Below, piece by piece: positions 1-12,500 of a DNA stretch of 20,000 nucleotides (within the stretch, counting starts at the first letter, position 1; every line of letters begins with the position of its first letter). The translations under genes were made by a program, and so were the position numbers. Source of the DNA: Paramecium tetraurelia (Eukaryota); contig CT868540.1 in NCBI GenBank assembly GCA_000165425.1, forward strand, positions 732,275 to 752,274. The letters are read 5' to 3'. The notes below the pieces were generated by a model. The model had not been told where the DNA came from. It was given only the letters and a program-made list of their open reading frames with translations, and searched no databases.

Positions 1-1389
1 CCTTGGTAGGCTGGAACCTACGTGATTTCTCCATGTTAGTCAATAGCCTTAGCCTTTTCAACTTATTTTGGTTGATATGCTTATTTATTCTGCGACTATC
101 CTAAAAATAAATCAATAGTTGGAAATGGCTTGCCATTGGGGGGTTTAGTGTACTAGGCATAATTTGCATAAATACTCCATTATCTTATAATTGCTAAATT
201 TTGAAACTTTATTTATAAGTTGTATTGGGATTGAAAGGTAATTCTGGTATTACAGTCTTGTAATGACTTTACTTGAATTGTTCATAATGAAGATCGCCGT
301 AATTCATATAGAAATTCTAAGATCAACAATATTGTACTTTATATGAGGTCATTGGTGTGGTACCAAGAGATGGCTTATATGTTTTAGCTATCCTTTGTTC
401 TGGTGGAATAATTTGATAAGATTTGAAATCAGATCCCATTGTAGTTTTATATTCACATGATTCTACCGATTTGAATTTTTTAAATTATTCTAAATCAACT
501 TTTAGATCCTATTCTTTAATTGGATTTTCTTTATAACTTGATCTGTAATTCGAATTCCAACATAAATTTGTGGCAAATGGTTTATATTAAAATTTACATT
601 TGCATCTACCACATGGACATTAAACGCAAATACATTTTCCTAATTTTAGTATATTACATAATTACCAGCCAAATGCTTTACAAATTCTTCTTGTTCTGAT
701 AAATGCTATTCCACCAAACATTAAATATGTTCCTATTCACTTACTTATTATGATTATTACTCTTCCTCTTGATGTTCCTCTTATTGAATGGGTTTCTATT
801 TATTTTAAGCAATTTCAGATTACAATTCTAATGGTTCGACAATTTACTCATTCTTGCTCTCCTGTGGTTATTTAGTCTAAACAATTTGATAAGGCTCCTT
901 TTTATAAAGCTATGACCTATTATCTGATTAAAGTGATTATTCCGTTTCCTGTATCATTTATGGATTGTTTAGTAATGATTTAGAGAGATTTTGATTTTTC
1001 TCTGTCAAACTTGAAATCTATCTTTGCTAGAGATTTCCTAGTGTTTTTAATTTTAGTTAAGGCAAGGATTAAGAAATCAAAGGAGGTGTTTCATGTCTAT
1101 TTGTTCCATTTTTTGGCATGGGGATCAAAGGACCTCCTTTGAGTGATTTTAATAAGACTCTTTTGCCGTATTTGGGCTCTCTGCTTGTATTAATTTCTGA
1201 TTTCTAAGATGCATTTATTGATAAGAGAGTTTCTTTAAATTTTACAAAATCATCTGAGTGTTTTTCATCTTTATCATATCTCCTTAAACTGTTTTAGCTT
1301 TTTGTCAATTTGGTTAGTGTTTTTTCGGTGGGTTTGACTATTTGGGAATTGCTGGGTTTTAGCTTTTCTAAAATAGTTTCAGAAATCAT
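1..1389 (-). CDS. SAXO/STOP (FAM154)-like microtubule-stabilising protein; 3' end runs off the window
   Basis: Code 6 frame from ATG at 1389 (MISETILEKLKPS...). Introns 640-665 (26 nt), 317-337 (21 nt) and 153-175 (23 nt), all GTA..TAG. Cys cluster KCICVQCPCGRCKCKF followed by Mn-like motifs (WNSNYRSSYK, YKTTMGSDFK, TPMTSYKNFY, FNPNTTYKQSFK, FLGQSQNKQAYQP). Confidence 0.7.
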
Positions 1390-1437
1390 TCAATAAATAA
1401 ATTATGTTTATGTAATTAAAATCAATGTTTAATAAAT

Positions 1438-1950
1438 TCATAATTATTTTCTTGTTCTAATAAAATAATTTGTGGGATGCTATTCCTCTTCCAACTGCAA
1501 TAATTATTATCGAAATTCAATTTCTTTTCTTTTTGTTAAACTGATGCTATGTATTCTCTTTCTTAATTTTGTTGAAGATATTGGAGTGATAATTTATTCA
1601 TTTTAACGAATCATACTAATATCTGAACCCTACGAGAAATTGTTTTTTAAAATGAGTTAAGTTTGTTTTAAATATTCTTTCGGTTTGTATAAGTAATCCT
1701 CTAAAGGTTTAATACTCTCAGAAAACTTTGGCTCTAAATATTTGCTACTATATTTAATTTGATACCTTAATTCGAGCTATTTCATTCCTCCAACAGTAGA
1801 AGAGATGGCTTTTTTGAAACCAACTTCATTGCATTCTTCATTATTATAAAATTTTAATAACCTTTTGCTTAGAGTGACTAAAAGTAGTTGTATTAATTGA
1901 TTATATTGAGATTCAAGTTATCTTGTAGCAAATCCTCCATATATTGACAT
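1438..1950 (-). CDS. Hypothetical protein, 163-170 aa (MSIYGGFATRQLESQYNQL...)
   Basis: ATG at 1950 to TGA at 1438-1440, open in code 6 for 171 codons. Probable in-frame 21-nt intron GTATC..AGTAG at 1745-1765. Fits tightly between two clear genes. Confidence 0.75.
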
Positions 1951-2020
1951 TATGCAAAAAATAATTTATAATTATTACTTTGTTATCAATTATTAATAAC
2001 TTATATTGAACTCAATCATG

Positions 2021-2681
2021 TCATCCAAATGCTACCTTCTTTCTTCCTCTTTGTCTAACCTCCCTTAACTTGTCAATCACTTGCTACCCTTTCGTCGATA
2101 ATTTTTTGTATTCCTCCAACAAAATTTAGAATGCATCTTCCAATGTAGGATGAGTACTCAGAAAAGCCTTTTCAAGCACATACAAATCAACAGCATAATC
2201 CTCTACGAATCCCACCTTCGTATAACTCAATCCAAAATCAATAAAGTATGGCTTTGAATTCTATACCAAAATATTCGAAGTGGTCAGATCCCCATGAATA
2301 ATTCCTCCATTGTGCAATTTCGCAATATCTTGAGCTACTAAATTTAAAATTTGCTATATCTCATTTGCTCTTTACTCCTTCTCCAAAGCATTCAAAAAAT
2401 CTTTTAGCTTAACCCCATCTATAAACATCATAATTATCTAGTTATTGTCTACATAATATAAGTGTGGAACATTAACTCCTAGCTATCTAGCCTTGCATAA
2501 CAATCTTGATTCCTAGATAAGTGATAATTCGTACAGTTTTAACTCTCTCAGAAGTAATTCTGTCATCTAGTTGTTTCAATCGATATTATTTTGATAATCT
2601 CTCCTTCAAAATGGCCTAATCACCCAAAAACTATATTTTGTAAATCTTAGCCTCTGCACCTTAAGAAATTAATTATTACAT
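2021..2681 (-). CDS. BUD32: KEOPS/EKC complex kinase Bud32/TP53RK (PRPK), 212 aa
   Basis: MQQLISQGAEAKIY...LKERLSKQYR...ESRLL...GVNVP...[17 protein letters not shown]...FIDFGLS...[19 protein letters not shown]...[12 protein letters not shown]. One 22-nt intron at 2513-2534. Confidence 0.97.
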
Positions 2682-2774
2682 TTAGTATAAAATAAATAAT
2701 AGTAGCATAAAACAGAAATGAACTTCTTAAATTACATCTTTTATTATTCATAGAAGAAATATATTATAATTATT

Positions 2775-5316
2775 TCACAATCCTGCTTCTTCATCTTCAT
2801 CTTTGGTTGACTAAATACCAAATAGTCTTTTTTTGGTTGCTTATTTTTTCTCTTACAATTCTTCCTCAGAGGGAGGATAATAGCTTCGCTTTTCTTGTAT
2901 AATACATGATATTTACTTCTGTTTTTATTAACTTATGAAGCTGAGAATATTTGCTTCACGACACCCCATATCATGTTTCTTAAATAAAAAAGTGTTAGGA
3001 TCATTATTGAAAGTATAATGTACTCAGCATAATCTAAAATGTTAAAGGGCTTAGATTTTATTCCTGTTTGACTTTGATAGTTTGGACTTTGCGAGTCTAA
3101 ATTGTCCTACTTTTTCTATTCATTTTTCACAATTGGTTTATCAGTAATAATTTGATTCACCTAGATGTTTGTTTTTTCTGTTGGGCATTCCTATTCAATT
3201 GGCCCTAAATAAACTCTATTATTTATCTTTATTTTTACCCTCCTTCACATTCATCTCCAGGGATTTTCCTATAACCTTACGATTTCATATATGTGCCTGT
3301 ACATTTGATTGGAGGTGGCTAGGATGAAAATCCATAGGTCATTGGAACACACTCACCACCATCTATTTTCCTCATAAATCCTAAATCGCATTCCCAATCT
3401 TCAGCTGTACAGGGGCAATTTTCTACGAGCAATTTCTTCACTATTTCTGGATTCTTACATTTAGCTTCCCTTTTCTTTCTCTAATACTTCACCTTTTAAC
3501 CAAATAAACATTTCTGTTGTTGATAATTCTATGGAGACCAATATTCATAATCGGAATCTGGGTCTTCTGGATTTTCACTGCCTTTGCAGACTCTTTAATA
3601 TACATTGGAAAGATCGATGGGAATTAAAACCCCTATTATAGATTCATATTTATTCCAGAAATCTTCTTAAGGATTATCTGATTATTTTATTCTGCCATAT
3701 ATCAAGAACTTTTATTCTTCGTTTGACGGTTCCGTAACAATATTATCAATATCCAAAGAGATATTTAATTTTATATCTTAAAAGGTCATACCTTCATCTT
3801 AGGTAAATTTAGCCACATTTGTGTAAGACTCAGATTCAGCAAATATTATCAGTCCCCCATGATCTCCGATCTCATAAATATAAGTTCCGTTTAATATCTC
3901 ATACCAATTGTGACCTCCATCTCTTGATAGATAAGTGTTGGTCTCTTAACCATCAAGATATAGTCCTGTGTTCCCTGTTCCAACAATTATTCCTACTGCC
4001 TATTCGCTACTATAAATCAGAGATGTTGTTTCTGTTCTCCCTTTCAAATGAAGACTGCAATCTCCATTACAATTTAAAGGCTGTCCAGAATATGAATATT
4101 TTGGAGCCTTCAATGAATGCCATTCAGCCCCCAAATCAAAAGTAATAACGGATTTTTTGTATTAGTCCAATCTGTCTGAACTTTAAAGTTTCATCTCCCT
4201 TTCCGAGTTGATTCTTTTTCTTCTTGATTTAGTCTTCTCGATTTCATCATAATCAAAAATATTAGCAATGTAAACGCCTTTCATACTTTTGATTTTCTCA
4301 AAGTCACAATGTCCAGTGTCTTGACTTCTAACATTTCCCAAAAGGGAGACAGTGAACTCATTACCATCACTCATGTAAATATTAGTAACTTTTGATAATT
4401 CTTCAGCATGTGCAACTGACATGTAAACTATACTATCAGTCACATCTAAAACAGTGAATGTGTGTTTGCTTTAGTCATCAATTGGCAATACGATTTCTTA
4501 AGGGAAATAGGTTTCACCCAAATGAGGAGACATTTTTAAGTCGTATCCCACACTATATTAGTCAGGTCTCACCAGTAAAAATAGATAAGTTGGTGTCTAG
4601 TAAAATCCAAAGCAATCCTTTTCTATCTATTTGATGGTTTTGAAAAAGTCATCTGAATAAGAAACCTTCAATTCCCCTTGATTATCAACATGAGATACTA
4701 TTATTCTCATATCTGGTACCATTTCATAATGAATTAATTTATCCCATGCTGCATCTCTAACATGATCCAAAACTGGTTACCATATCTAACCTCCATTGTT
4801 TGTCACCCAAAGCTCCCTCTTGTATTGTTCTTTACAGCTCTTATCTGTTTTGTTGCATTTCTTCTCTTAGAATGCTAATATTTAATCCTTATTTAATTTA
4901 TTAAACCTAAAGCCATAGAGTTTATTATCATTAAATGTTCTGTATGTTCTCCCGCAATCTTGACTGATGAAAGATTGATTATATCCTATGAAGTACATAG
5001 TAAAAGAATCTGCAGGAGATTATATGATGTCTTTAAATTTATAATTGCTATCTAATTTTTACTAATCTATTAACGATTATGTGACATTTTCCCATTTTTA
5101 TCCGTAATCAACTGATCTATAAGCAATTCCCTTGTTTGAGAGAACAAATAATATTTTTCTATGTTGTTTAGCCTCATTTTTCTACTCCACTACATCATCA
5201 TCAGATGTAACAATAATCGACCCTCCACACCAAAATACTTGATCAACTGCAGAATCAATTATATACGCAGATTGGGTTACACCTAGAAATAGAAATGCAA
5301 GGTATAATTAAATCAT
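2775..5316 (-). CDS. VPS10-domain sorting receptor (sortilin family), ~831 aa, type I membrane protein
   Basis: Signal peptide MIQLYLAFLFLGVTQS; Asp-box repeats such as YRSVDYGQKW; Cys-rich 10CC-type end YRKIPGDECEGG; TM segment YIILSIMILTLFYL; acidic tail ending KDEDEEAGL*. Two 23-nt introns at 3216-3238 and 2894-2916. Supplied ORF 4183-4443 is an in-frame fragment. Confidence 0.93.
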
Positions 5317-5363
5317 AATTACACGTAATTAATTATTTAATATACTATTTAAATATACATTTT

Positions 5364-8300
5364 ATGAATATACGAATATCAAGTAATTCCCTTATACCTG
5401 TTTCTATTCACACTAAAATACCATAATTTCTTTCCATTTACCTAATAAACTATATTGTTAATGAATTAATTTTTATCCATTCCCTCTGAAATGTTTAAGA
5501 TTTCATTCAACCTTAAATCCTAATAAAAGCGAAAATATTCCCACTATTCTTCCTGAAGTCTCACCATTTCTCATAACCTAGAAAGTTAAAAATCTACTCT
5601 GCTCAAAGTCTATAACTAATCATCCAGAAGCTATCTAAGGAGTTTCTCATAGCTTAAATGCCAAGCAATTTAGACATACTCCTACTATCATGCTCTCTGC
5701 ATCCCTAAATTAAGCCAAACCTTCTTATCTACCTTAAATGTCAATAATTTTTTAATTTTAGATATAAATAAGACTAATAAAATTCATAAGAGCCCTTTGA
5801 TCATTGTACCATTCGAAATCTTCATCTTTTCTCGACCCATCAAAACAATACAATATTATATTAGCCCTCTATTATCACCTATTATTAACTGATCTGCAGT
5901 TGTTCAAGAAATAAAGAGAAAAAAATGAAATTCTGTTTCTAATAAAATATAGGTTTTATTTCATTTTCAAATAGAATTTAGAGTTTTTTTTAAAGTTTAC
6001 GAAAATATATCATCAATAACTTGAAGAATCTCAATTTATAACAAGACAGAAAGAAAAGGAACCTTCAAAAATAAATAGCATTGTTTATATAATTTGACTA
6101 AAGCTTCTGGTACAAAAATTATTGAGCCTTGTAAATTAAATGATTTTTTATAAAGTTGAATAAATCAATTTTCAGTAATTTTTGATGACTGGGGATTATG
6201 AGGATTAAATCTTCTTAATCTTAGGATAAAATCTAAATAGAAAAAAACAATAACTTTAAGAATTGATTAAGATTTATGGTTTTCACTATGTCATTAAATT
6301 ATGATTAATTTGTGAAAAAATACTTTCCAATAAGACCAGAAACAAACTAAAAGGGATCATATGCATCAATATCTAAATCAAAGTAAGGATAAATGATAAA
6401 AGAATTAAAATTTACAGAAAATGAATGGTAATCTTGGAGAGAGCATTTTGTATAAGAGATAGAGCTCTAAAATATTCTAAACGAATGTAAACCAAGTTAT
6501 TTTCTCAAAATCTAGGATTGGGTTGAAGAATTCTAAAAAAAATAGATAAACATCATCTTTTAGATTCTACGAATAGGAATTGAATAATAACGTAGAAAGA
6601 TTTTTCATTTAAATATAACCCAAATAACTTGATATATGTAAATGGATTTATTAAGCTAACTGACTTTGGTAGTTCCAGAGTGATACACAAATATTATTAT
6701 GCCTAAAAATGTATGAGGAACAAAGCATCAATATCATTTCTATTAATCTGCTTCAATGTTAAAAATTAAAATGATGGATAATTTTGAGGAGTAAGATTTA
6801 TCCTTTTAAGAAATTGTGAAAGATGAATTATTACAAAATTCAATTTTTCAACAAAATGATGAATGGTCCTTAAGCCTAATAATTTGTTAAATTATTACAA
6901 AACAATTTGACATAAAAATTAAATATTATGAAGACTTTTATAGTTTTAATTCGTACAGAATAAAAGAGATGCTGAAATAAGTAAGAAGTTAATTTCCACA
7001 ACTATAGTCAGAGAAAATTGCAGCCATCAATTCACCTAGTTGAACTTGTGTTTTTTGCCAGCATTTTTGACATTAAGTAAAGGCCCTTATTTCATAGTAG
7101 AAAACAAATTAAAAATTTTATTAAAAGAACTAAATGCTGTTCAATCAAAATGAATTGATTAAATAAGAAATGATGGTTTGTGTGATTCTATAATATTTAT
7201 ACAATCATCGAACATATGGTCAAAAATCAATTCTAGCATTAAATATGATTTTTTTTGATTATATATATATTTTGTAATAAATCAATAGAATAAAGGCTAG
7301 GATTATAAATAGCATATGATACATTAATCGATATAACATCATCATTTAAAACTTCTATTTCAAAAATAAAACCTCTAATAATGAGGTTAGACCCTCTTAA
7401 TGGTAATATAGAAAGGGAATCAACTGGTTAAATGATTACAGTTACTAATAATTATTATTATGTATCCGTTGCTGAAATCAAAATGAAAGAAAAAGAGTAA
7501 CTTGATTAATAAATGAACTCCAATAATCTTTTGACAACAACGGCTCCTAACAATAGTAAGAAAAGTATTGATGATGAGTAGTTAGATAAGTTGTAGTTTT
7601 TGGATTCTGCAGAAAATTTGATCGATAATTAATTTACATTCTTTCTAAAAGATCAATCAAATATTAATATACTTAATCAAAATTAGGTCAAAGAGATGAA
7701 TTTAAATGAGAAAAAAAACATTTTCAAAAAATTTAGCATGTAAATACCACAAAATACACCCAATTTTCTTTAAAAAAAACCCGTATTAGGAAATTTCTAT
7801 GTAACAATCATACATAAATTAAAACATTGTTCAAGATTCATTTATAATAACAAAGCAAATTAATTAAATCTGTCGATCATTATCAAACTTTTTTGGGATG
7901 AGGAATTTATGGAAAATGATGTTTTGAAATAATTTGTTTAGGATAGCTAAATTCATATTGATTATGAGTTGAAGTTTAATCATTCTTCATCTCATTTAAT
8001 TAATTATAAAAGCTAAATATTAAAGATATCAAATAAATAGTTTATTTACAAAGGATATTAAAGGATAATCTCCCACATGGAATCGGAATCAAATATCTTA
8101 GATTAAAAAAACTGGAAATTAATAGTTTGAATTTTCGAAAGTAATGTCATTTTGAAATGTATAATGATTGAATTAAGTAATAAAGGATAAATATAAATTT
8201 TCTAAGGCAGATTAAATGATGATCAAACGAAAGAAGGAGAATGTGTATTAGAGTGGTTCAGAATTGTAAATAAGCATTTCTTAAAATAGTAAAAACACAT

Positions 8301-8607
8301 TGGTTTAATAAGCCAAAATAAAATTGTTGGATATGGAGTTCGAACATATTATAATAATTTATAATTTAATTATGTTTACTAAGGAAATTTTCAGAACTGA
8401 TAAAAATAAGGTAGAGGAAAACTATTCAAAGAATAAGAAGGTAGTTTAGAACTTATATTTGATGGAGAATTCAATTAAGATTAATACTGTGGGATTGGAT
8501 TAGGATATTTTAATAAGGATTTAGTTATAGAAGCAACTTTTTCAAAAGGAAAAATCATCTAATGTTAAAATTCGAAATATAAAGAGAAATCAGTAACTGT
8601 ATATTGA
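5364..8607 (+). pseudogene. Disrupted Ser/Thr protein kinase plus C-terminal MORN-repeat gene (start approximate)
   Basis: Kinase motifs in order but in shifting frames: KGSYASI and MIKELK (6351-6410), IFHLNI then a frameshift into PNNLIYVNGFIKLTDFGSS (DFG 6662-6670), DEWSLSLII (6858), DIKQRP (7069). MORN-like repeats YKGY/KDNLPHGIG (frameshift ~8060), YQGNFQN*QKQGRG (TGA 8398-8400) and FDGEFNQDQYCGIG. Terminal TGA at 8605-8607. Confidence 0.78.
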
Positions 8608-8640
8608 ATTCTAACATTTAAAAATATTTGTAGTAATTAA

Positions 8641-9184
8641 TCAGTATATTTTATTATTTTTCTCTGTCTTGCTTTAAAGGCTTTCCGTAAAACTATATTT
8701 CCCAGTTCATTATTGATGTGATGAAGTAAACTAATATTTCAAAATCTAATATATTATTTAAAATACCTATTGTTCGGTAGAAAAGGAAGGGTTGATTAGA
8801 TATAAATTACTAAAAAATCATTATTTTGATTTCATAGATAAAAAGATTGTATTTTGATTATAAGGGGTAGTGCTATGGTGTCCCTAATCATTAGAGCATT
8901 CTGATATTGATTATAAGTTTGAGGACTTTTAAATTTATTTGGTTATTTATCATATTGATTTAGATTTTCCATCAGATATATATTCTAATTTACTATTTTA
9001 ACTATCATAGAATTAAATAGTCATTCTTTTCCAGCTTTTTATTAAGCCTTTGTTCAAATATTTCATTTTGGATATCGCTAATATAATTCCAAAACAACTA
9101 ATGCTGAATTCTTTTAGGTTATTTCTGATTCTTCTTACAAAACATCTTGCGACAACAAACTATCTTATGCAAGGAGATTTTCAT
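8641..9184 (-). pseudogene. Possible degraded small gene, family not identified
   Basis: Short protein-like frames (MKISLHKIVCCRKMFCKK...; MENLNQYDKQPNKFKSP...) broken by TGA, plus an intron-like GTATTTTAAATAATATATTAG. No consistent gene model could be built. Confidence 0.3.
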
Positions 9185-9263
9185 CTATTTCTTTAATTAA
9201 TACTAATTCCAATAGCTTAATTTCCCCTAAATATATAAAAGAATAAATAATTATAAAAAAATA

Positions 9264-9500
9264 ATGAGTGTCTATGATGAAGTTGAGATTGAGGATATGG
9301 ATTTCGATCCTAGTACAAAGATATTTTATTACCCTTGTCCTTGCGGAGACAGGTTTTAAATAACTATAGTATATATTATATGAGATCATTAGGAATAAAT
9401 TAAAAACAAATACGAAATAGCTTAATGTCCAAGTTGTTCTTTATAAATCAGAGTTATATTCGACCAAAATAGCTATGAAATATATTCAAAAATAGAATGA
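9264..9500 (+). CDS. DPH3: Diphthamide biosynthesis protein 3 / Kti11, CSL zinc finger, 70 aa
   Basis: [59 protein letters not shown]...; 24-nt intron at 9369-9392; TGA at 9498-9500. Confidence 0.97.
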
Positions 9501-9537
9501 AACGTATAAATTATATTTTAAAGTTATTCTATGTAAT

Positions 9538-12500
9538 TCATTTAAATTCTTATTCATTTTCTTTTTATTCATTAATTTTTGGTTAGTTTCTGTAGTAAAT
9601 GATATCATCATTATTTACTTAATCTTCTTCCCTGAAAGCTTGTTCTTATCCTTGTACGCATATGCTTTAATCCCTTAGTTCAGGATGAATTTGATTTAGG
9701 TTTTTAATTTTCAGGATTAACCAGAGATTATTTGTGCTGGACAGAGCAATCATAATAATATTGTAAACAATATCATCTAGAGAAAAGAAATAAAATTTAT
9801 TCTAGTTGCACATAAAGGAAATTTAAACTATAATTGGAAGTATTTGTGAAATTGTTTAATTATAAAACAATTTCTTTATTTCATTTAGAACTTTTGTTTC
9901 GATTTAATTAGGTAAAATTGATAAAATAATTCTCCATTGAAACAAAGTAGCCAATTATTCCTTAAGTTTAGAGGTTGAAATGATTTTGAAAAACGTTAGA
10001 TTAGTTTTCTTTAATAATTGTAATTAAGAACTATTCAAGATTTGCACAAAAAAAGTAACAGCCAAGCATGATAATGATAATATATAATAGCCTGGAAATT
10101 ATAGCAGAGTAAATCTAAAATTAGTTATATAATACCTTATAAATCTGGTGATGGCTATTGGTATATCAAGCAGGCTAATATATATATAATATGTTTTTAT
10201 TATCAATGCATCTTTTTGTTTGATAATCTTATTGACTATTACAGCCAGAAGCATTCCAACCATAATAATTACGAATATTGGTGCTCCATCATAGATTTCA
10301 CTTTATCTACTATGAAGATTAGAAATGCTGTGATCATTCTAATTAGGATTGTTACTGCTATTCTAATTTGTATGATTATTGGAGTTTGAGTTTGAACTAG
10401 TGTTAAATTTTAAGCAATATCCATCTTTTAATTAAAATTCATTAATGCATTTAATGCACTAAGTAATATTCTAATAATCACATTGTAAACAATTGGCATC
10501 GGTTAGGCATTTTTCGCAGCCTTGAGAAGTTAAAATCATATTTGGTGGACATTTTTCGATACATATATTTTAGAATTAAATAAAGCCTTCCTTACATTTA
10601 ATACATTGGTTGTACTTTTTATCACAAATTTTACAATTTTCAGAGCAAATGATTGAAAATTTCCAAATTCTCTAAGATTCCTCAACAATCTTTCCAAATT
10701 AATTAATATTTTAAAGTGTTATATTTGTTTCATAATCACTAATATGTCCTACAAAAGTTAATCCGGTGAATATTAGCTGATAAAAGTTTGACTGAATAGA
10801 ATTTACGAAGTTTGAAATAACAATCAGATTTTCATTCTCTAAATATGATTCACACAAAACTTCATCATATTTTAATTCTTGGGTTTAGTTTATTTAAAGT
10901 ATACATTTAAAATCTAATACAATAATTTGAGAGAGTTAAAATATTGCTTTTATTTTACCGTATTTTTACACTCCTAAATTCGTATGAAAATTCAGTGTAA
11001 TATTGGTGACTTCATTCAAAAAAAATGACTATTGTTTAATAGAAAAATCAATCTTATTAGCTCTTAATTCATCCCTAATACCAAACGCATCTTAATACAC
11101 AGCTATAATATCTCCTCCGTCTGTAAATATATTAAATTAAAATGGGTAAATTTGAACATCATCTATAGGATTAAACAATTCGCAAAGGAATGTATTAGTA
11201 CCATTTTATAATTATTTGAGATAAATTTCTTAACCAATCTATTTCTCAACAATATTTGAACAACTTAAGAATTTTTCAATATTTATAGGGAAAACAATTT
11301 ATAACAGATCGTTCGATTAGATAGTGCTCAATAGATTGAAAGAAAATTACAGTGTTGTTAGTTCACCGTAAAATGAGTTTGAAGAAGTTAAGGAGTAATC
11401 ATAAAATGTTTAAGGAAATAGAATCTTATAGGATCCTAATTGATTTTATTGGGTTGATTGAATCTATTATTGATATTTAATATCTCCAATTACTTAGTAA
11501 CTATACTACTAAATACTTCTCTCTGTTTTGATGTTATATATAATAATTTCTAAAATTCCACCAACAAACAAAGTAACTGTAATATTTTTATTATTCCCAA
11601 TTTCACAAATTTATTAATTGGTTTCAATTTGTGCAGAACAAAAGCTGAGTTGCTATTTAAAATAGATTGGCAATTCCACGGTCAAAACACTCTATTCTTA
11701 AATTTGTGGTATTTGAAATTTAATCAAATAATTTGTAAGATAATCAGTAACATAGATTTGTGGATTCAAAGAAATCAAGAGGTATTTTGACGGTTGAATT
11801 GTTAAGAAGGCAGGTTTTTATAATAGACTTATTAAAGCGCCTGAATAATCATTTGTGAAAATTAAGAAATTATCAGTTATCCCTGCTGTCCCTTAAAGTT
11901 TTCCAGAAAAAGTGATTTCAACTTAATTCATGATTTGATGATTATTAAAATAGTTTTTAAATATTATTTCTTATCCATTTATCTATATATCTTACTATAA
12001 GTCAGGCTGTATTAAAACAGAATCTCGAGTTATTTGAATTTATCTAGGTATCTTAACAGTCAGGGTAGTTGATTTTGTTTAAACATTTTTTAATTCAAAT
12101 TTAATAACAATATCAGTTATGGCAAAAACTGTAGTATTAGTGGCTTCAATTGTGATATAGGATATAGGTTATGGAAGTATCTCAATCTAAAGTTCTTAAT
12201 ATTCAACCTAATTTCTCTCCGGTGTTAGTACATAGAATCCAATATTGAATGTAGATAACCCAGTTGGATTCATAATATCTTAGAGACAAAATTGAAATTT
12301 CATGGATTCATAGAATTAGTTAAAATTTTTGATCACGATACCTTCATTTTCAATGTAGAATTCATAATTTGGATTAATGTTTTGTTTTGGCAAAAAAATA
12401 GTTTGTGATACTAAATTTTAATTAAAATTTACTTTAGGATTATTATTACAGATTTAAAAATTTGATATAAATTTGACTACCTTGGCGGTAGGCTAATCTA

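Noticed and set aside
3819..4145. Supplied + strand ORF, 108 aa
   Set aside because: Antisense shadow of the sortilin gene.
9165..9389. Supplied - strand ORF, 74 aa
   Set aside because: Overlaps DPH3 in antisense and has no protein-like features.
2021..9500. BUD32 (t6A) and DPH3/KTI11 (Elongator/diphthamide) as a translation-modification cluster
   Set aside because: They are 6.6 kb apart on opposite strands with unrelated genes between; chance proximity in a gene-dense genome is sufficient.
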